NCBI GenBank assembly: GCA_964481125.1
Contig: CAYZSL010000002.1
Location: 24,597-88,596 of the forward strand
Length of the DNA: 64,000 nt
DNA from: an uncultured Candidatus Saccharibacteria bacterium
GTDB taxonomy: Bacteria > Patescibacteriota > Minisyncoccia > Minisyncoccales > RBG-13-42-11
Direction of reading: 5' to 3'
A model generated the notes under the pieces. That model saw nothing but the letters and a program-made list of their open reading frames with translations. It did not search any database and had not been told where the DNA came from. Positions 38,246-47,446 of the stretch are shown here, one piece after another; position 1 is the first letter of the stretch, and each line of letters starts with the position of its first letter. The translations under genes and the position numbers were made by a program.

Positions 38246-39799
38246 TTACATTTTTTCCGGAGCAGAAACTCCCATTAAAGATAAAGTGCTTTTTAATATT
38301 ATTTTTGCAGCCAAAGATAATCCCAAACGAGCTTCTGACAAACGGACGTCTTCTGAAATAACCCGGCAATCATGATAAAACTGATGGAAAGAAGTAGCTA
38401 AATCCAAAGCATATTGAGGAATTCTTTGAACCTGATAGTCTCTGGCTGTATCTTCAATAACTTCCGGGAACTTAATTAATTGCTTGATAAGCATCAACTC
38501 AGACGGATGATTCAAAAGATTCAAGTTTTTAATCGAAGGCTTTAATTTCAGACCTTCATTTTTCAACTTTCTTAAAATGCTGCAGATTCTGGCATGAGCG
38601 TATTGTGCATAATAAACAGGATTTTCCTCTGATTGGTCTTTGGCCAATGCCACGTCAAATTCCATCTGGGTATCTGACGACTTCATTAAGTATATGAATC
38701 TGACTGCGTCTGCGCCAGCTTCATTAATCAGCCATTCCAAAGTTACCACCTTTCCCTTTCTTTTTGACATCTTTTCTCCTTTTAATCTGACTACCTGAGT
38801 TATCAGAAAAACCAGCTCTCCTTTGTAATTAAGTATCCTGCTGACTGCTTTTATCTTATTAACGTGCGCTTGGTGGTCAGCCCCCCAGATATCGATTATC
38901 TTGTCGTATTTCTTATCAAACCTGTCTTTATGGTAGGCAATGTCAGGCAAAAGATAGGTAAATTCTCCGGTTTCCCTGACAACAACCCAATCCTTTGAAT
39001 CGCCGTATGAGGAAGTTTTCAGCCATTGGGCGCCGTCTCTTTCGTAAACCAAATTCTTTGATTTAAGCCATTCGTATATTTTATTTATCTTGCCTTTTTG
39101 ATATAAATCTTTTTCTTCGGAAATCCAAAAATCAAACTTAATCTTCAGTTTATTCTCAATGAAGTTTTTAATGTCTTTTTGTACTGCCTGAGCTAAAAAA
39201 GAACCAGCTTCCCTTTCATCCTTGCATTTGCTGATTTCCGGCTTTAACTTGCTTATCTTTTTCTCAAGATATTCGTTCAAATAAGTCGTGCCTTGTCCCA
39301 AAGCTGTCTTTCCCAATTCCTTTATTTGAGAACTGCTTTTGGCATCATTAGCATAATGGGAACGAAAAACCTTGAATCCACTCTTTTTAAAAACATTGGT
39401 TAAAGTTTCGCCTAAAAAAGCGCCACGGCCATGGCCGATATGCAGTTCTCCGGTAGGATTGGCGCAAATACATTCAATGTCTATTTTTTTGTTTTTGCCG
39501 ATTTCTAAGTTTCCGAATTTATCTTCCTTTTTCAAAATTTCTTCAGTTTTTCTCTGTAAATACTCTTTTGAAAGGAAAAAATTAATAAAGCCGTTTTTCA
39601 CCTCAACCTTCTCTAAAATATCAGATTTTATATTATCAGCTATTTCTTTTGGATCTTTCTTTAACACCATGGCTATATTGCTAGTATAATCGCCAAAAGC
39701 AGGCTCTGTCGGCCTGTCTATTTTAACTTCAACTTCCTGTTTATACAGCTGTTTTATCGCTTTTTCAAGCAAATTTTTGACCTCATTTCTGGCTGTCAT
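38246..39799 (-). CDS. argS: arginyl-tRNA synthetase
   Basis: 517 aa. HIGH motif (ELHIGHGRG), KMSK-like (KMSKRKG), DALR anticodon-binding C-terminus. Confidence 0.9.
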   Translation of the reverse strand: MTARNEVKNLLEKAIKQLYKQEVEVKIDRPTEPAFGDYTSNIAMVLKKDPKEIADNIKSDILEKVEVKNGFINFFLSKEYLQRKTEEILKKEDKFGNLEIGKNKKIDIECICANPTGELHIGHGRGAFLGETLTNVFKKSGFKVFRSHYANDAKSSSQIKELGKTALGQGTTYLNEYLEKKISKLKPEISKCKDEREAGSFLAQAVQKDIKNFIENKLKIKFDFWISEEKDLYQKGKINKIYEWLKSKNLVYERDGAQWLKTSSYGDSKDWVVVRETGEFTYLLPDIAYHKDRFDKKYDKIIDIWGADHQAHVNKIKAVSRILNYKGELVFLITQVVRLKGEKMSKRKGKVVTLEWLINEAGADAVRFIYLMKSSDTQMEFDVALAKDQSEENPVYYAQYAHARICSILRKLKNEGLKLKPSIKNLNLLNHPSELMLIKQLIKFPEVIEDTARDYQVQRIPQYALDLATSFHQFYHDCRVISEDVRLSEARLGLSLAAKIILKSTLSLMGVSAPEKM

Positions 39800-39839
39800 A
39801 TTAGTTATTTTAGCTTTAAAATGTGCTTTTGTAAAATAT

Positions 39840-40268
39840 TGACTTTTTCATACACTTCTGTTAAAAATAGGGCAAGGCATGGAAACAGTGAGGTTCACCA
39901 CACAAGCTGCATAGCGCTGGTATGCTTATCGCCTAACGGCATATTGGTTGTGGGGGAGGTTCGAATCCTCCAAACTGATTCTATTGAGAAACTCGTAATG
40001 TAGAAAAGCAGACTCCACCAATGTCGAGGCGGACTGAAAAGTGGTCAAAAGTTGCGATAGGAACTGGGAGGAGATAAAACTTGGTTTTAAAAACTGTATG
40101 TCTCCGTCAGTGGAATACCACCCTTTACGAGTTTGCCCTCATTAGTCTCTCCTGTTTAGAGAGCTGATGACTCAAGGATTCCATGCTAAGGGAGTATACT
40201 TCGGCTAGCAGAAGACTCTTTTAAAAGAGTACACCTCAGCCACCAGAAGCTCCCTTTTTTTTATTAAA
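39840..40268 (+). ncRNA. structured RNA of unknown identity between argS and smpB (promoter TTGACT-17-TAAAAA at 39840-39875; terminator with T8 at 40195-40268)
   Basis: About 370-nt transcript. Long-range 5'/3' pairing GGCATGGAA/TTCCATGCT. Internal T-arm-like hairpin GGAGGTTCGAATCCTCC. Terminal GGGAG..CTCCC + TTTTTTTT. No ORF longer than 30 codons. Confidence 0.3.
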
Positions 40269-40291
40269 GGATTTAATGCTAAACTTAACTA

Positions 40292-40741
40292 ATGAAGGTA
40301 TTATCAGACAATAAAAAAGCATATTTTAACTATGAAATCCTGGAGAAAATCGAGGCTGGCATTGCTTTAATCGGACGGGAAGTAAAATCAATCAAAACAG
40401 GAAGGATAAACCTGGCAGGTTCCTACGTAACCCTGAGCAATAATGAACTCTTCCTGGTCGGAGCTCATATTCCTCCCTACCAGCCCAAAAACGCTCCAGC
40501 TGACTATCTGCCTGAACGCCAAAGAAAGCTTCTTTTGAAAAGAGCTGAAATCAAGTACTTAATCGGCAAAACCAAAGAAAAAGGATTGACTTTAGTGCCA
40601 TTAAAGGTATATACTAAAAAAGCTAAGATAAAGCTTGAATTCGGCATAGCCAAAGGTAAGAAGAAGACAGACAAGAGAGAAACGATAAAAAAAAGAACAC
40701 TTACAAAAGAAATAGAAAGAGAATTAAAAATGCGGGGATGA
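40292..40741 (+). CDS. smpB: SsrA-binding protein
   Basis: 149 aa. Conserved SmpB N-terminus (NKKAxFxYEIL) and C-terminal basic tail. Confidence 0.9.
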   Translation: MKVLSDNKKAYFNYEILEKIEAGIALIGREVKSIKTGRINLAGSYVTLSNNELFLVGAHIPPYQPKNAPADYLPERQRKLLLKRAEIKYLIGKTKEKGLTLVPLKVYTKKAKIKLEFGIAKGKKKTDKRETIKKRTLTKEIERELKMRG

Positions 40742-41088
40742 TATGCTTCGATGAGAAGCGGACTGAAATAAGCAGGCCAAGTTGTCAGCACTTGTAAAAA
40801 ACTGGCAAAAAGGATAAGTGCCAACTTATTCAAACAACCTGCTCTTGCTTACGCATAAGTAGCAGAGCCATTCGTTTTGCCGATTCTCGCTTAGCAAAAT
40901 CGAGTGTCAAAATTAGCGAGATAAGATAGTTTTTCTGAATCCGGGAAAACTATTGAAAAAAAAATCGGATTCAGGGTATAGATATTTTGTCGGGTTTTGA
41001 CTCTATATTCTTTTTTAAAACCTGACTAAGCCTGTAGAATTGTTTTGGGAGAACTCCTCAGACGCGGGTCCAAATCCCGCCATCTCCA
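40734..41088 (+). ncRNA. ssrA: tmRNA (ssrA), standard one-piece
   Basis: 5' GGGGATGATATGCTTCGATGAG matches GGGGCTGATTCTGGATTCGACGGG of E. coli ssrA. 3' GACGCGGGTCCAAATCCCGCCATCTCCA matches GGACGCGGGTTCAACTCCCGCCAGCTCCA. Tag-like frame GCC AAC TTA TTC AAA CAA CCT GCT CTT GCT TAC GCA TAA ((A)NLFKQPALAYA) at 40820-40858. CCA is not fully encoded. Confidence 0.75.
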
Positions 41089-41093
41089 CAAAA

Positions 41094-41618
41094 ATTAAAT
41101 TATATAATTTGATTAAAAGAATATTAGCCAACAATCAAATAAGAGCAAGAGAAGTAAGACTGATTGATGAAGCTGAAAAACAACTGGGAGTGGTTACTTT
41201 GGAGGAAGCGCTTAGTATGGCTCGTGAGCGCAATTTAGATTTAATTCAGGTTACAGAAAAAGTAGACCCGCCTGTCTGCCGTTTGGGAGATTACGGAAAA
41301 TACCTTTATCGCGAAGAGAAAAAAGAAAAAGCAATACACAAACATAAAGGCGGAGACTTGAAAGGAATAAGATTAACTTTCAATATCTCCCAGCACGATC
41401 TGGAAACGCGGGCCCATCAGGCAGAAAAATTCCTAAAAAGAGGAGACCAGGTAAGAATAGATCTGCCCTTAAGGGGAAGGCAAAAAGCTCTTCAGGATTT
41501 TGCCAGAGAAAAAGTAGAGAAATTCCTCAACACATTAAATGAGCTTGTCCCGATAAAAAGAGAGCGGGAATTAAAAAGGGAAGCAAGGGGATTTACAATG
41601 ATAATTTCAAAATTATGA
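41094..41618 (+). CDS. infC: translation initiation factor IF-3 (non-AUG start likely ATT/TTG)
   Basis: Conserved IRAREVRLI.. and IF-3 C-terminal domain. The ATG at 41040 lies inside the tmRNA, so the start is placed at the in-frame ATT at 41094 (alternative TTG at 41109), as infC commonly uses AUU. Confidence 0.7.
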   Translation: MKLYNLIKRILANNQIRAREVRLIDEAEKQLGVVTLEEALSMARERNLDLIQVTEKVDPPVCRLGDYGKYLYREEKKEKAIHKHKGGDLKGIRLTFNISQHDLETRAHQAEKFLKRGDQVRIDLPLRGRQKALQDFAREKVEKFLNTLNELVPIKRERELKREARGFTMIISKL

Positions 41619-41800
41619 AAACAAGAAAATCAGTAAAAAAACGCTTTAAGGTTACCAAATCCGGCAAAATTCTGAGAAAACCGACTCAGCTTAATCACTA
41701 TTTGGCGAAAAAATCTGGCAAAAAAGGCAGGCAGAGCCGGAAATGGAAAGAAGTTTCAAAGAGCGAAATCAAAAAAATTAAAAGGTTATTAGGAATATAA
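41615..41800 (+). CDS. rpmI: 50S ribosomal protein L35
   Basis: 61-aa basic protein with L35 signature KTRKSVKKRFKVTKSGK. Confidence 0.85.
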   Translation: MKTRKSVKKRFKVTKSGKILRKPTQLNHYLAKKSGKKGRQSRKWKEVSKSEIKKIKRLLGI

Positions 41801-41804
41801 TATT

Positions 41805-42152
41805 ATGGCTCGAGTTAAACGAGGAACAACAGCGCACAAACGCAGGAAAAAGGTATTAAAACAGACCAAAGGCTTTCGCTGGGGAAGAAAATCAAAATAT
41901 AAATTGGCGAAAGACGCTCTTTACCATGCCTGGGAATACTCTTATCGAGACAGAAAAACAAAAAAGAGAGAATTTAGGAAACTTTGGCAAACAAGCATTA
42001 ATGGCGCTTGCAGAAAACAAGGCCTGTCTTATTCAAGGTTTATCGCCAATTTAAAGAAGAATAAGATTGAGATTGATCGAAAAGTCCTATCCCAACTCTG
42101 TCAAAATCATCCTCAAATTTTTGAAAAGATTGTTGAAGAAGTGAAAAACTAA
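41805..42152 (+). CDS. rplT: 50S ribosomal protein L20
   Basis: 115 aa. Begins MARVKRGTTAHKRRKKVLK. Confidence 0.9.
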   Translation: MARVKRGTTAHKRRKKVLKQTKGFRWGRKSKYKLAKDALYHAWEYSYRDRKTKKREFRKLWQTSINGACRKQGLSYSRFIANLKKNKIEIDRKVLSQLCQNHPQIFEKIVEEVKN

Positions 42153-42165
42153 TTTTTAAATTAAA

Positions 42166-42210
42166 AACCTCCGCCCTTCGTAATCTTTGTAGTATGGACG
42201 GAGGTTTTTC
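42166..42210. terminator. bidirectional rho-independent terminator
   Basis: AAACCTCCGcCC..GGaCGGAGGTTTTT between rplT (+) and the purF-like gene (-). Confidence 0.6.
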
Positions 42211-42212
42211 GT

Positions 42213-43562
42213 TTAAAGATCTGGGTATTTGGGGAATTCACCGGTGAAACAGCCCAGGCAAACATTTTCAATTTTTATTGGATCTTCTGCCTTTCTTTTA
42301 TCGCTTTGGGCTGAAACAATTACCCTGCCGAAATTATCAACGCTGTTGAAGAACAAACTTTTGACCCCTAGTATCTTTCTCATTTGCTCAATGGTATGTT
42401 TGGCAGCAAGCAGTTCTCCACGAGGGGTAACATCAAAGGGACAAGGGTATTTCATTGGCGGCGTTTCAATTCCTAAATGTACCTCTACTGCTCCCGCTTG
42501 TTTGACAGCAAAAATTCTTGCTAGGGTTTGATTACCCTCAACGATTGAATCATCTATTATGACAATCTTTTTCCCTTTTATCGCCCAGGGCATTATCAAG
42601 AGTTTGTTTCTCGCTCTTTTCGCTCTCCTGCTAACAAAGAACGGAAGAAAGCTTCGGCCACCAGCTTCGATATTGAAATCGAAAATGCTCTGATAACCAA
42701 TTCCTAGGGCTCTAGCCAATCCTTCGGCAGCTGTAATACCTGACATGGGAAAGCTAGAAATAATATCAGCATCAGGACAGACGGGAACAAGTTCTCTGCC
42801 CTCATTCGCTCTCACTTGACCAACCCAGATATCTTCAATAATCGTGGATGGTCTAGCCCAATAGCCGTACTCAAATCCGCAGATTGTAAGACCGGGGCTC
42901 GGAACGCGTTCCATAATTGTGAATCCGCTGGACTGAAGAGAGGCTATTTCTCCTGGCCTGATATCTCTGATCAACTCCATGCCTATATGTTCCAAGCATG
43001 CTGATTCGGAAGCGACCGCACACCCTATTTTGTCATCGCCAAAAAATCTACCAGCGATCAATGGCCTGATTCCCAAGACATCTCTGGCAGCAAAAACGCC
43101 TTCAAGCGTAAGTAAAACCAAGGAGAATGGACCTTTCACGTTTTTGTAAACGTTTTTTAATCCATCCAAGGGATTTTTTTCTGCCCCGATTAATCTTGCT
43201 ATAATGCCAGCTTCGGAACCGATAAGGTATGGCGATTTTGCTCTGAGTTCTTCCCGGTTGATAATTTTCCCGTCAAAGGCTACGGCAATCGGCCCCATCG
43301 GAGTTTCTTCAATTTTGTCTGGCTGAGGATTGTTGGGGCTTTGATTGACATGCAAGATTATCCTTTGAGGATCTTTAAGTTTTAGCTTTTCTCTTTCTAG
43401 CAGCGGTGTTATTTTCCCCTTATCTGCCTCTCTTATGATAGCTCCATCTTGAATAGTGGCGAATCCTCCCCACTCATCTCCTCTGGGCTGAATAATGCCT
43501 ATGGCATCCGTTGATCCTTCCCAACAATCTTTATTAACATCAATACCAATTACTCCAGACAT
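42213..43562 (-). CDS. amidophosphoribosyltransferase (PurF) homologue with Ser in place of the N-terminal catalytic Cys
   Basis: 449 aa. Class-II GATase-like N-domain starting MSGVIG (canonical PurF/GlmS is MCGIxG). PRTase motif IVIIDDSIVEGNQT. SD AGGAGG 8 nt upstream fixes the start. About 45% GC. Confidence 0.65.
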   Translation of the reverse strand: MSGVIGIDVNKDCWEGSTDAIGIIQPRGDEWGGFATIQDGAIIREADKGKITPLLEREKLKLKDPQRIILHVNQSPNNPQPDKIEETPMGPIAVAFDGKIINREELRAKSPYLIGSEAGIIARLIGAEKNPLDGLKNVYKNVKGPFSLVLLTLEGVFAARDVLGIRPLIAGRFFGDDKIGCAVASESACLEHIGMELIRDIRPGEIASLQSSGFTIMERVPSPGLTICGFEYGYWARPSTIIEDIWVGQVRANEGRELVPVCPDADIISSFPMSGITAAEGLARALGIGYQSIFDFNIEAGGRSFLPFFVSRRAKRARNKLLIMPWAIKGKKIVIIDDSIVEGNQTLARIFAVKQAGAVEVHLGIETPPMKYPCPFDVTPRGELLAAKHTIEQMRKILGVKSLFFNSVDNFGRVIVSAQSDKRKAEDPIKIENVCLGCFTGEFPKYPDL

Positions 43563-43662
43563 TTCTTTTTCCTCCTATGATATCTATTTAGTAGGGTTGT
43601 GAAAGAGCACCCTCCGATTTCTTATTAACACGCTATCCTTTTTAAGTAAACCTATTTCCTTT

Positions 43663-44088
43663 TTAAAGGAAACTGTCTGCTTTTTTTAGTATTGCTTTGG
43701 CATTTTGGAATTTCAACTGTTTTAAAGCTTTTTCAAAAAGAAGCCATTTGTACCCTATATGCTCTTTCGAAATCTTTACTCTTTTTGTTTTTGTTTCGGC
43801 TAAGTAGAAAACAACGAATTTTAAGATTGTTTTACTTTTAAATTCAAAAAAATATTTAATTTTTTCTTCAAACCCTTTAATAAAACTAATATCAGTCAAT
43901 CCTGTCTCCTCAGTTGTTTCCCTCCTGGCTGTCATTGTCGGCTTTTCACCTTTTTCAATATGGCCTTTGGGAAAATCCCAGTATGGTTTTGGCCTTCTGG
44001 ATCCTCTGGGATAGTGCAAAAGAAGGTAAAAGAGTTTACCTTCTGATTTTCTAAAAATGATGACACCGGCACACCTTTCAACAGGCAT
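43663..44088 (-). CDS. NUDIX hydrolase
   Basis: 141 aa. Nudix box GHIEKGEKPTMTARRETTEETG. Confidence 0.75.
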   Translation of the reverse strand: MPVERCAGVIIFRKSEGKLFYLLLHYPRGSRRPKPYWDFPKGHIEKGEKPTMTARRETTEETGLTDISFIKGFEEKIKYFFEFKSKTILKFVVFYLAETKTKRVKISKEHIGYKWLLFEKALKQLKFQNAKAILKKADSFL

Positions 44089-44091
44089 AGT

Positions 44092-45810
44092 TTATTTAAA
44101 ATATTGCAATAATTTTGCTAATGACTGGCTGTTAATAATATCGCTTTTTTCTGCCCAACCACGACGAGCCTGGGCAATGCCGAAATTCATGAATCGCATA
44201 TGGTTTTTATCGTGTGAATCGGTATTAATTACCATCTTCACGCCAGCTTCTTTGGCTTTTTTAATATTCTTTTCGTTCAAATCCAATCTTTCCGGCCAAG
44301 CATTAATTTCCAGAATCGTTTTCGTTTCTCTGGCCACTTTCAGAATTTTATCAAAGTCTATCTGATATTCGTCTCTCTTCTTTAAAATCCTGCCTGTCGG
44401 ATGGGAAATTATGTCTACATTCGGATTTCTCATCGCTTTGATCATTCTTTCTGTCATTGCCGATCTTTCCATTTTAAAAGCTGAATGCACTCCGGCAATA
44501 ACAAAATCCAGTTTTTCCAATGCTTCGTCTTTAATATCAATTGAACCGTCAGACAATATGTTAGCTTCGCACCCTTGTAGAATGCGGAATTTTGAATTCT
44601 TGAATTTTAAATTAAGCTTGTCTATTTCTTTCCTTTGATTAAGCAGTTCTCTTTCATTCAATCCGTTCTCAATTCTTAAGAACTTTGTATGGTCAGCAAT
44701 GCCGATATATTGATAACCCATGTCCTGAGCCGCTTTTGCCATAACTTCAATCGTGTTTGCTCCGCCGTCCCAAGCAGAATGACAATGCAAATCTCCTTTA
44801 ATGTCATTGTAGCCAATAATTTTTGGCAATTTCTCTTTTTGGGCCGCTTCCAGCTCGCCCTGGTCTTCTCTCAGTTCCGGTTCAATCCAAGAAAGACCCA
44901 AAGCTTTGTAAACTCCGTTTTCATACCAACCGGCAATCATCTTCTTTCCTTTAAAAAGCCCATATTCGTTCAGCTTCATTCCTTTTTCAATAGCAATCGT
45001 TCTTAAAACAATATTATGCTCTTTGGATCCGGTAAAATACTGCAAGGCTGAACCGAAAGATTTTTTGGAAACCACTCTCAAATCAACGTCAAACCCCTCT
45101 TTTAACCTGATTGATGACTTTGTCGTTCCTTTCCCCCATATTTTTGTTATATTCGGCAACTGAACAAAAAAGTCCATTACTTTTTTTGGATTTTTCGCCG
45201 TTATTAAAATATCAACGTCGCCAATGGTTTCTTTCCTTCTTCTGACAGAACCAGCTTCGCTTATCTGTTCCACCTCTTTTAAGGCTTTTAACTTGTCTAA
45301 AATTTCTTTTACTTTCGGCAGAATCTCGCCAAGCAAAAATCTTCCTTTTGATCTTTTTAAAAAAGCAATTCCTTCTAAAAGATTTTTCTCTGTTTTCTCG
45401 CCGAATCCCTCCAAAGCAGCAATCTTGTGAGCCTTAGCTGCTTTTTCCAGCTCTTTAACATTCCTTATTCCCAATTTCTGATAAAACAACTTTGCTCTTT
45501 TTGGTCCCATTCCCTCAACAGTAATTATCTCTTCCAGGTCTAAAGGCAAACGTTTCTTAAACTGCTGATAGTATTGTATTTTTCCTGTTTTCAAATATTC
45601 TTCAATCTTTTCGGCAATGCTTTTGCCGACTCCAGGAATCTCTTCAAGATCTTTTATCCCTCCCCGCTTATAAATATCTTCAACATCTTCTTCCATCCCT
45701 TCCAAAGCAATAGCTGCCTTTTCATAAGCATAAGGCTTGAAAGCCACTTTATCCATTTCCAAGTAATCGGCGATTTCGTAGAAGAGTTTGGCTAATTCTT
45801 GGTTCTTCAT
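44092..45810 (-). CDS. polX: family X DNA polymerase with C-terminal PHP domain
   Basis: 572 aa. Pol-beta-like HhH + nucleotidyltransferase N-half (GSVRRRKETIGDVDIL), PHP C-half (HCHSAWDGG). Confidence 0.8.
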   Translation of the reverse strand: MKNQELAKLFYEIADYLEMDKVAFKPYAYEKAAIALEGMEEDVEDIYKRGGIKDLEEIPGVGKSIAEKIEEYLKTGKIQYYQQFKKRLPLDLEEIITVEGMGPKRAKLFYQKLGIRNVKELEKAAKAHKIAALEGFGEKTEKNLLEGIAFLKRSKGRFLLGEILPKVKEILDKLKALKEVEQISEAGSVRRRKETIGDVDILITAKNPKKVMDFFVQLPNITKIWGKGTTKSSIRLKEGFDVDLRVVSKKSFGSALQYFTGSKEHNIVLRTIAIEKGMKLNEYGLFKGKKMIAGWYENGVYKALGLSWIEPELREDQGELEAAQKEKLPKIIGYNDIKGDLHCHSAWDGGANTIEVMAKAAQDMGYQYIGIADHTKFLRIENGLNERELLNQRKEIDKLNLKFKNSKFRILQGCEANILSDGSIDIKDEALEKLDFVIAGVHSAFKMERSAMTERMIKAMRNPNVDIISHPTGRILKKRDEYQIDFDKILKVARETKTILEINAWPERLDLNEKNIKKAKEAGVKMVINTDSHDKNHMRFMNFGIAQARRGWAEKSDIINSQSLAKLLQYFK

Positions 45811-45813
45811 TGA

Positions 45814-46437
45814 TTAAAATGGTTTTTCCGTAGGCGGCACCCTCGGGACAAAACCGTCTCTGTGAAAAAGATGATTGCGCATAAAAAACAAAAGGAAAGT
45901 AGCTCCCAATCCAAAAAGACTTATTAAAACGAAAATAATCTTAAAGCCCAAGAAAGTAGCTAATATTCCGCCGAAAGCAGCGGCAAAACTGAAAGCAAAA
46001 CCAATAGTAGTACTCTCAATACTCCAGGAAAACGCCTCCCATCCTCTATCAATATGCCTGGTGAAAATACCTGCCCAACTGGGCAAAACGCAGGCCATGC
46101 ACAGTCCTCTTATCGCTTCCAGTAAAAATATATGCCAGAGCTCCGTGGTAAAAATATATGCCAAAGGAATCAAATTGGCGAAAAACATGCCGAAAACCAA
46201 AAGGTTAAAATCGTCTTTTTCCCCTTTCTTAACGTCAAGATAATGGGCGATAAAAGGCTGGGCAACTGATTTAACAAACCAAAAAGTAGCAGCAATAAGG
46301 CCGACAGCAGCTAACGTCCCGCCATTAATTTGCTGGGTTATGAAAATAGCGAAGATCGGGCCGATTAATCCCCAGCCGCACTGAAGAAAAAAATCGGAAA
46401 CAATAAGGGTTCTGATAACTTTATTAATCCCCGTCAT
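45814..46437 (-). CDS. hypothetical 6-TM membrane protein (MFS half-like)
   Basis: 207 aa, hydrophobic; could be a half-transporter or a truncated MFS. Confidence 0.45.
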   Translation of the reverse strand: MTGINKVIRTLIVSDFFLQCGWGLIGPIFAIFITQQINGGTLAAVGLIAATFWFVKSVAQPFIAHYLDVKKGEKDDFNLLVFGMFFANLIPLAYIFTTELWHIFLLEAIRGLCMACVLPSWAGIFTRHIDRGWEAFSWSIESTTIGFAFSFAAAFGGILATFLGFKIIFVLISLFGLGATFLLFFMRNHLFHRDGFVPRVPPTEKPF

Positions 46438-47446
46438 AGTTGTTTAAAACTTTGTTATCTCTTTTAAAAATTATTTCTTTTATCAAAGATACTCCCAATC
46501 GGAATAAAATGAAAATACCGAGCAAAGCAACCATCAACTCAGCGCCCCTGATAATCATGGTGAAAGCAGTGGCTGTGGCCGTCTTTAGGTGCAGATAATT
46601 AAAGGCAAATGACTGAACTGCTTCATGAGAGCCAAGAGAAGTGGGAATGGGAATAATCATCGCCAAATAGGTAAAGCCGAGAACTGACATGGCGGACAGA
46701 AAACTAATCTTTCCTCCCAAGAAAATGATTAAAAGCCAGGTTCGTAAAATCATCAAGCCAGTTCTTAAAAAGTTCAAAATGAAAACCTTCCACATATTCT
46801 GTTTTCTCGGCTTAAAAAAGGAAAATATTTCTTTCTCGATTTCAAGAAGATGGTTTTCCTGTCCATTGTTCATAAACCTGCCCAAGAACCTGGTCATACT
46901 CTGCTTTTTAAAAGCTTTGACGTAAAAAAACGAAATAGCAGCGATAAAGAATAAAATGATAATACTGGCGCATACAAGAAGCTTCATCGGCGGGATGCCG
47001 ATGGTCAAAAGAAAGAATACGGCCCCAAACAGAATGACTATCAAGTTGACTGTCCATTCCAGAATCCTGTCCAGTATCACCGAAGACATACCCTGCGGCC
47101 AGGGCACCTCATCCCTCTTCTTAAGCATATATCCCTGGAAAATTTCTGCTCCGACAATCAAAATCGGCGCTAAAAGCCTGATGGAAAAAGTGGCTAGATA
47201 AATCCGCCACATTTCCCGAAAAGAAATTTTTTGGCCCTTGCCGTCCAAAATTGCTTTCCATTTCCAGGTGCCGAATACGGCCATAAGAAAAGTGATAAAG
47301 AGAATTGCTAGGCCTTGCCAGCCGGTAAAAACCAAGAGTGCGTTCTTAATTTCCTGCCAGCCGACTATTTTTAAAACCCAAAAGAAAATCAATGCGCCAA
47401 CCAGAAAAGAAAATAGGAAAAGTAAAACTTTTTTCATATGAATCAA
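46424..47446 (-). CDS. UPF0104/flippase-like (MprF TM-domain-like) membrane protein
   Basis: 340 aa, about 8 TM helices, LPG-synthase-TM-like organisation. Confidence 0.6.
   Translation of the reverse strand: MIHMKKVLLFLFSFLVGALIFFWVLKIVGWQEIKNALLVFTGWQGLAILFITFLMAVFGTWKWKAILDGKGQKISFREMWRIYLATFSIRLLAPILIVGAEIFQGYMLKKRDEVPWPQGMSSVILDRILEWTVNLIVILFGAVFFLLTIGIPPMKLLVCASIIILFFIAAISFFYVKAFKKQSMTRFLGRFMNNGQENHLLEIEKEIFSFFKPRKQNMWKVFILNFLRTGLMILRTWLLIIFLGGKISFLSAMSVLGFTYLAMIIPIPTSLGSHEAVQSFAFNYLHLKTATATAFTMIIRGAELMVALLGIFILFRLGVSLIKEIIFKRDNKVLNNYDGD

Noticed and set aside
40095-40125. T-box leader for argS (minus-strand AGGGTGGTATTCCAC resembles the T-box antiterminator)
   Set aside because: The motif sits about 300 nt from the argS start with no minus-strand terminator in between. 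Promoter and T8 terminator orientation indicate a plus-strand transcript.
39893-40262. tmRNA (T-arm-like GGAGGTTCGAATCCTCC plus a short frame ending QAA-stop)
   Set aside because: The T-arm is in the middle of the transcript, there is no acceptor pairing, and a canonical tmRNA with matching 5' and 3' ends is present right after smpB at 40734-41088.
41040-41093. ATG at 41040 as the infC start
   Set aside because: It lies inside the tmRNA 3' domain. The IF-3 N-terminus aligns better with an ATT/TTG start just downstream, consistent with known non-AUG infC starts.
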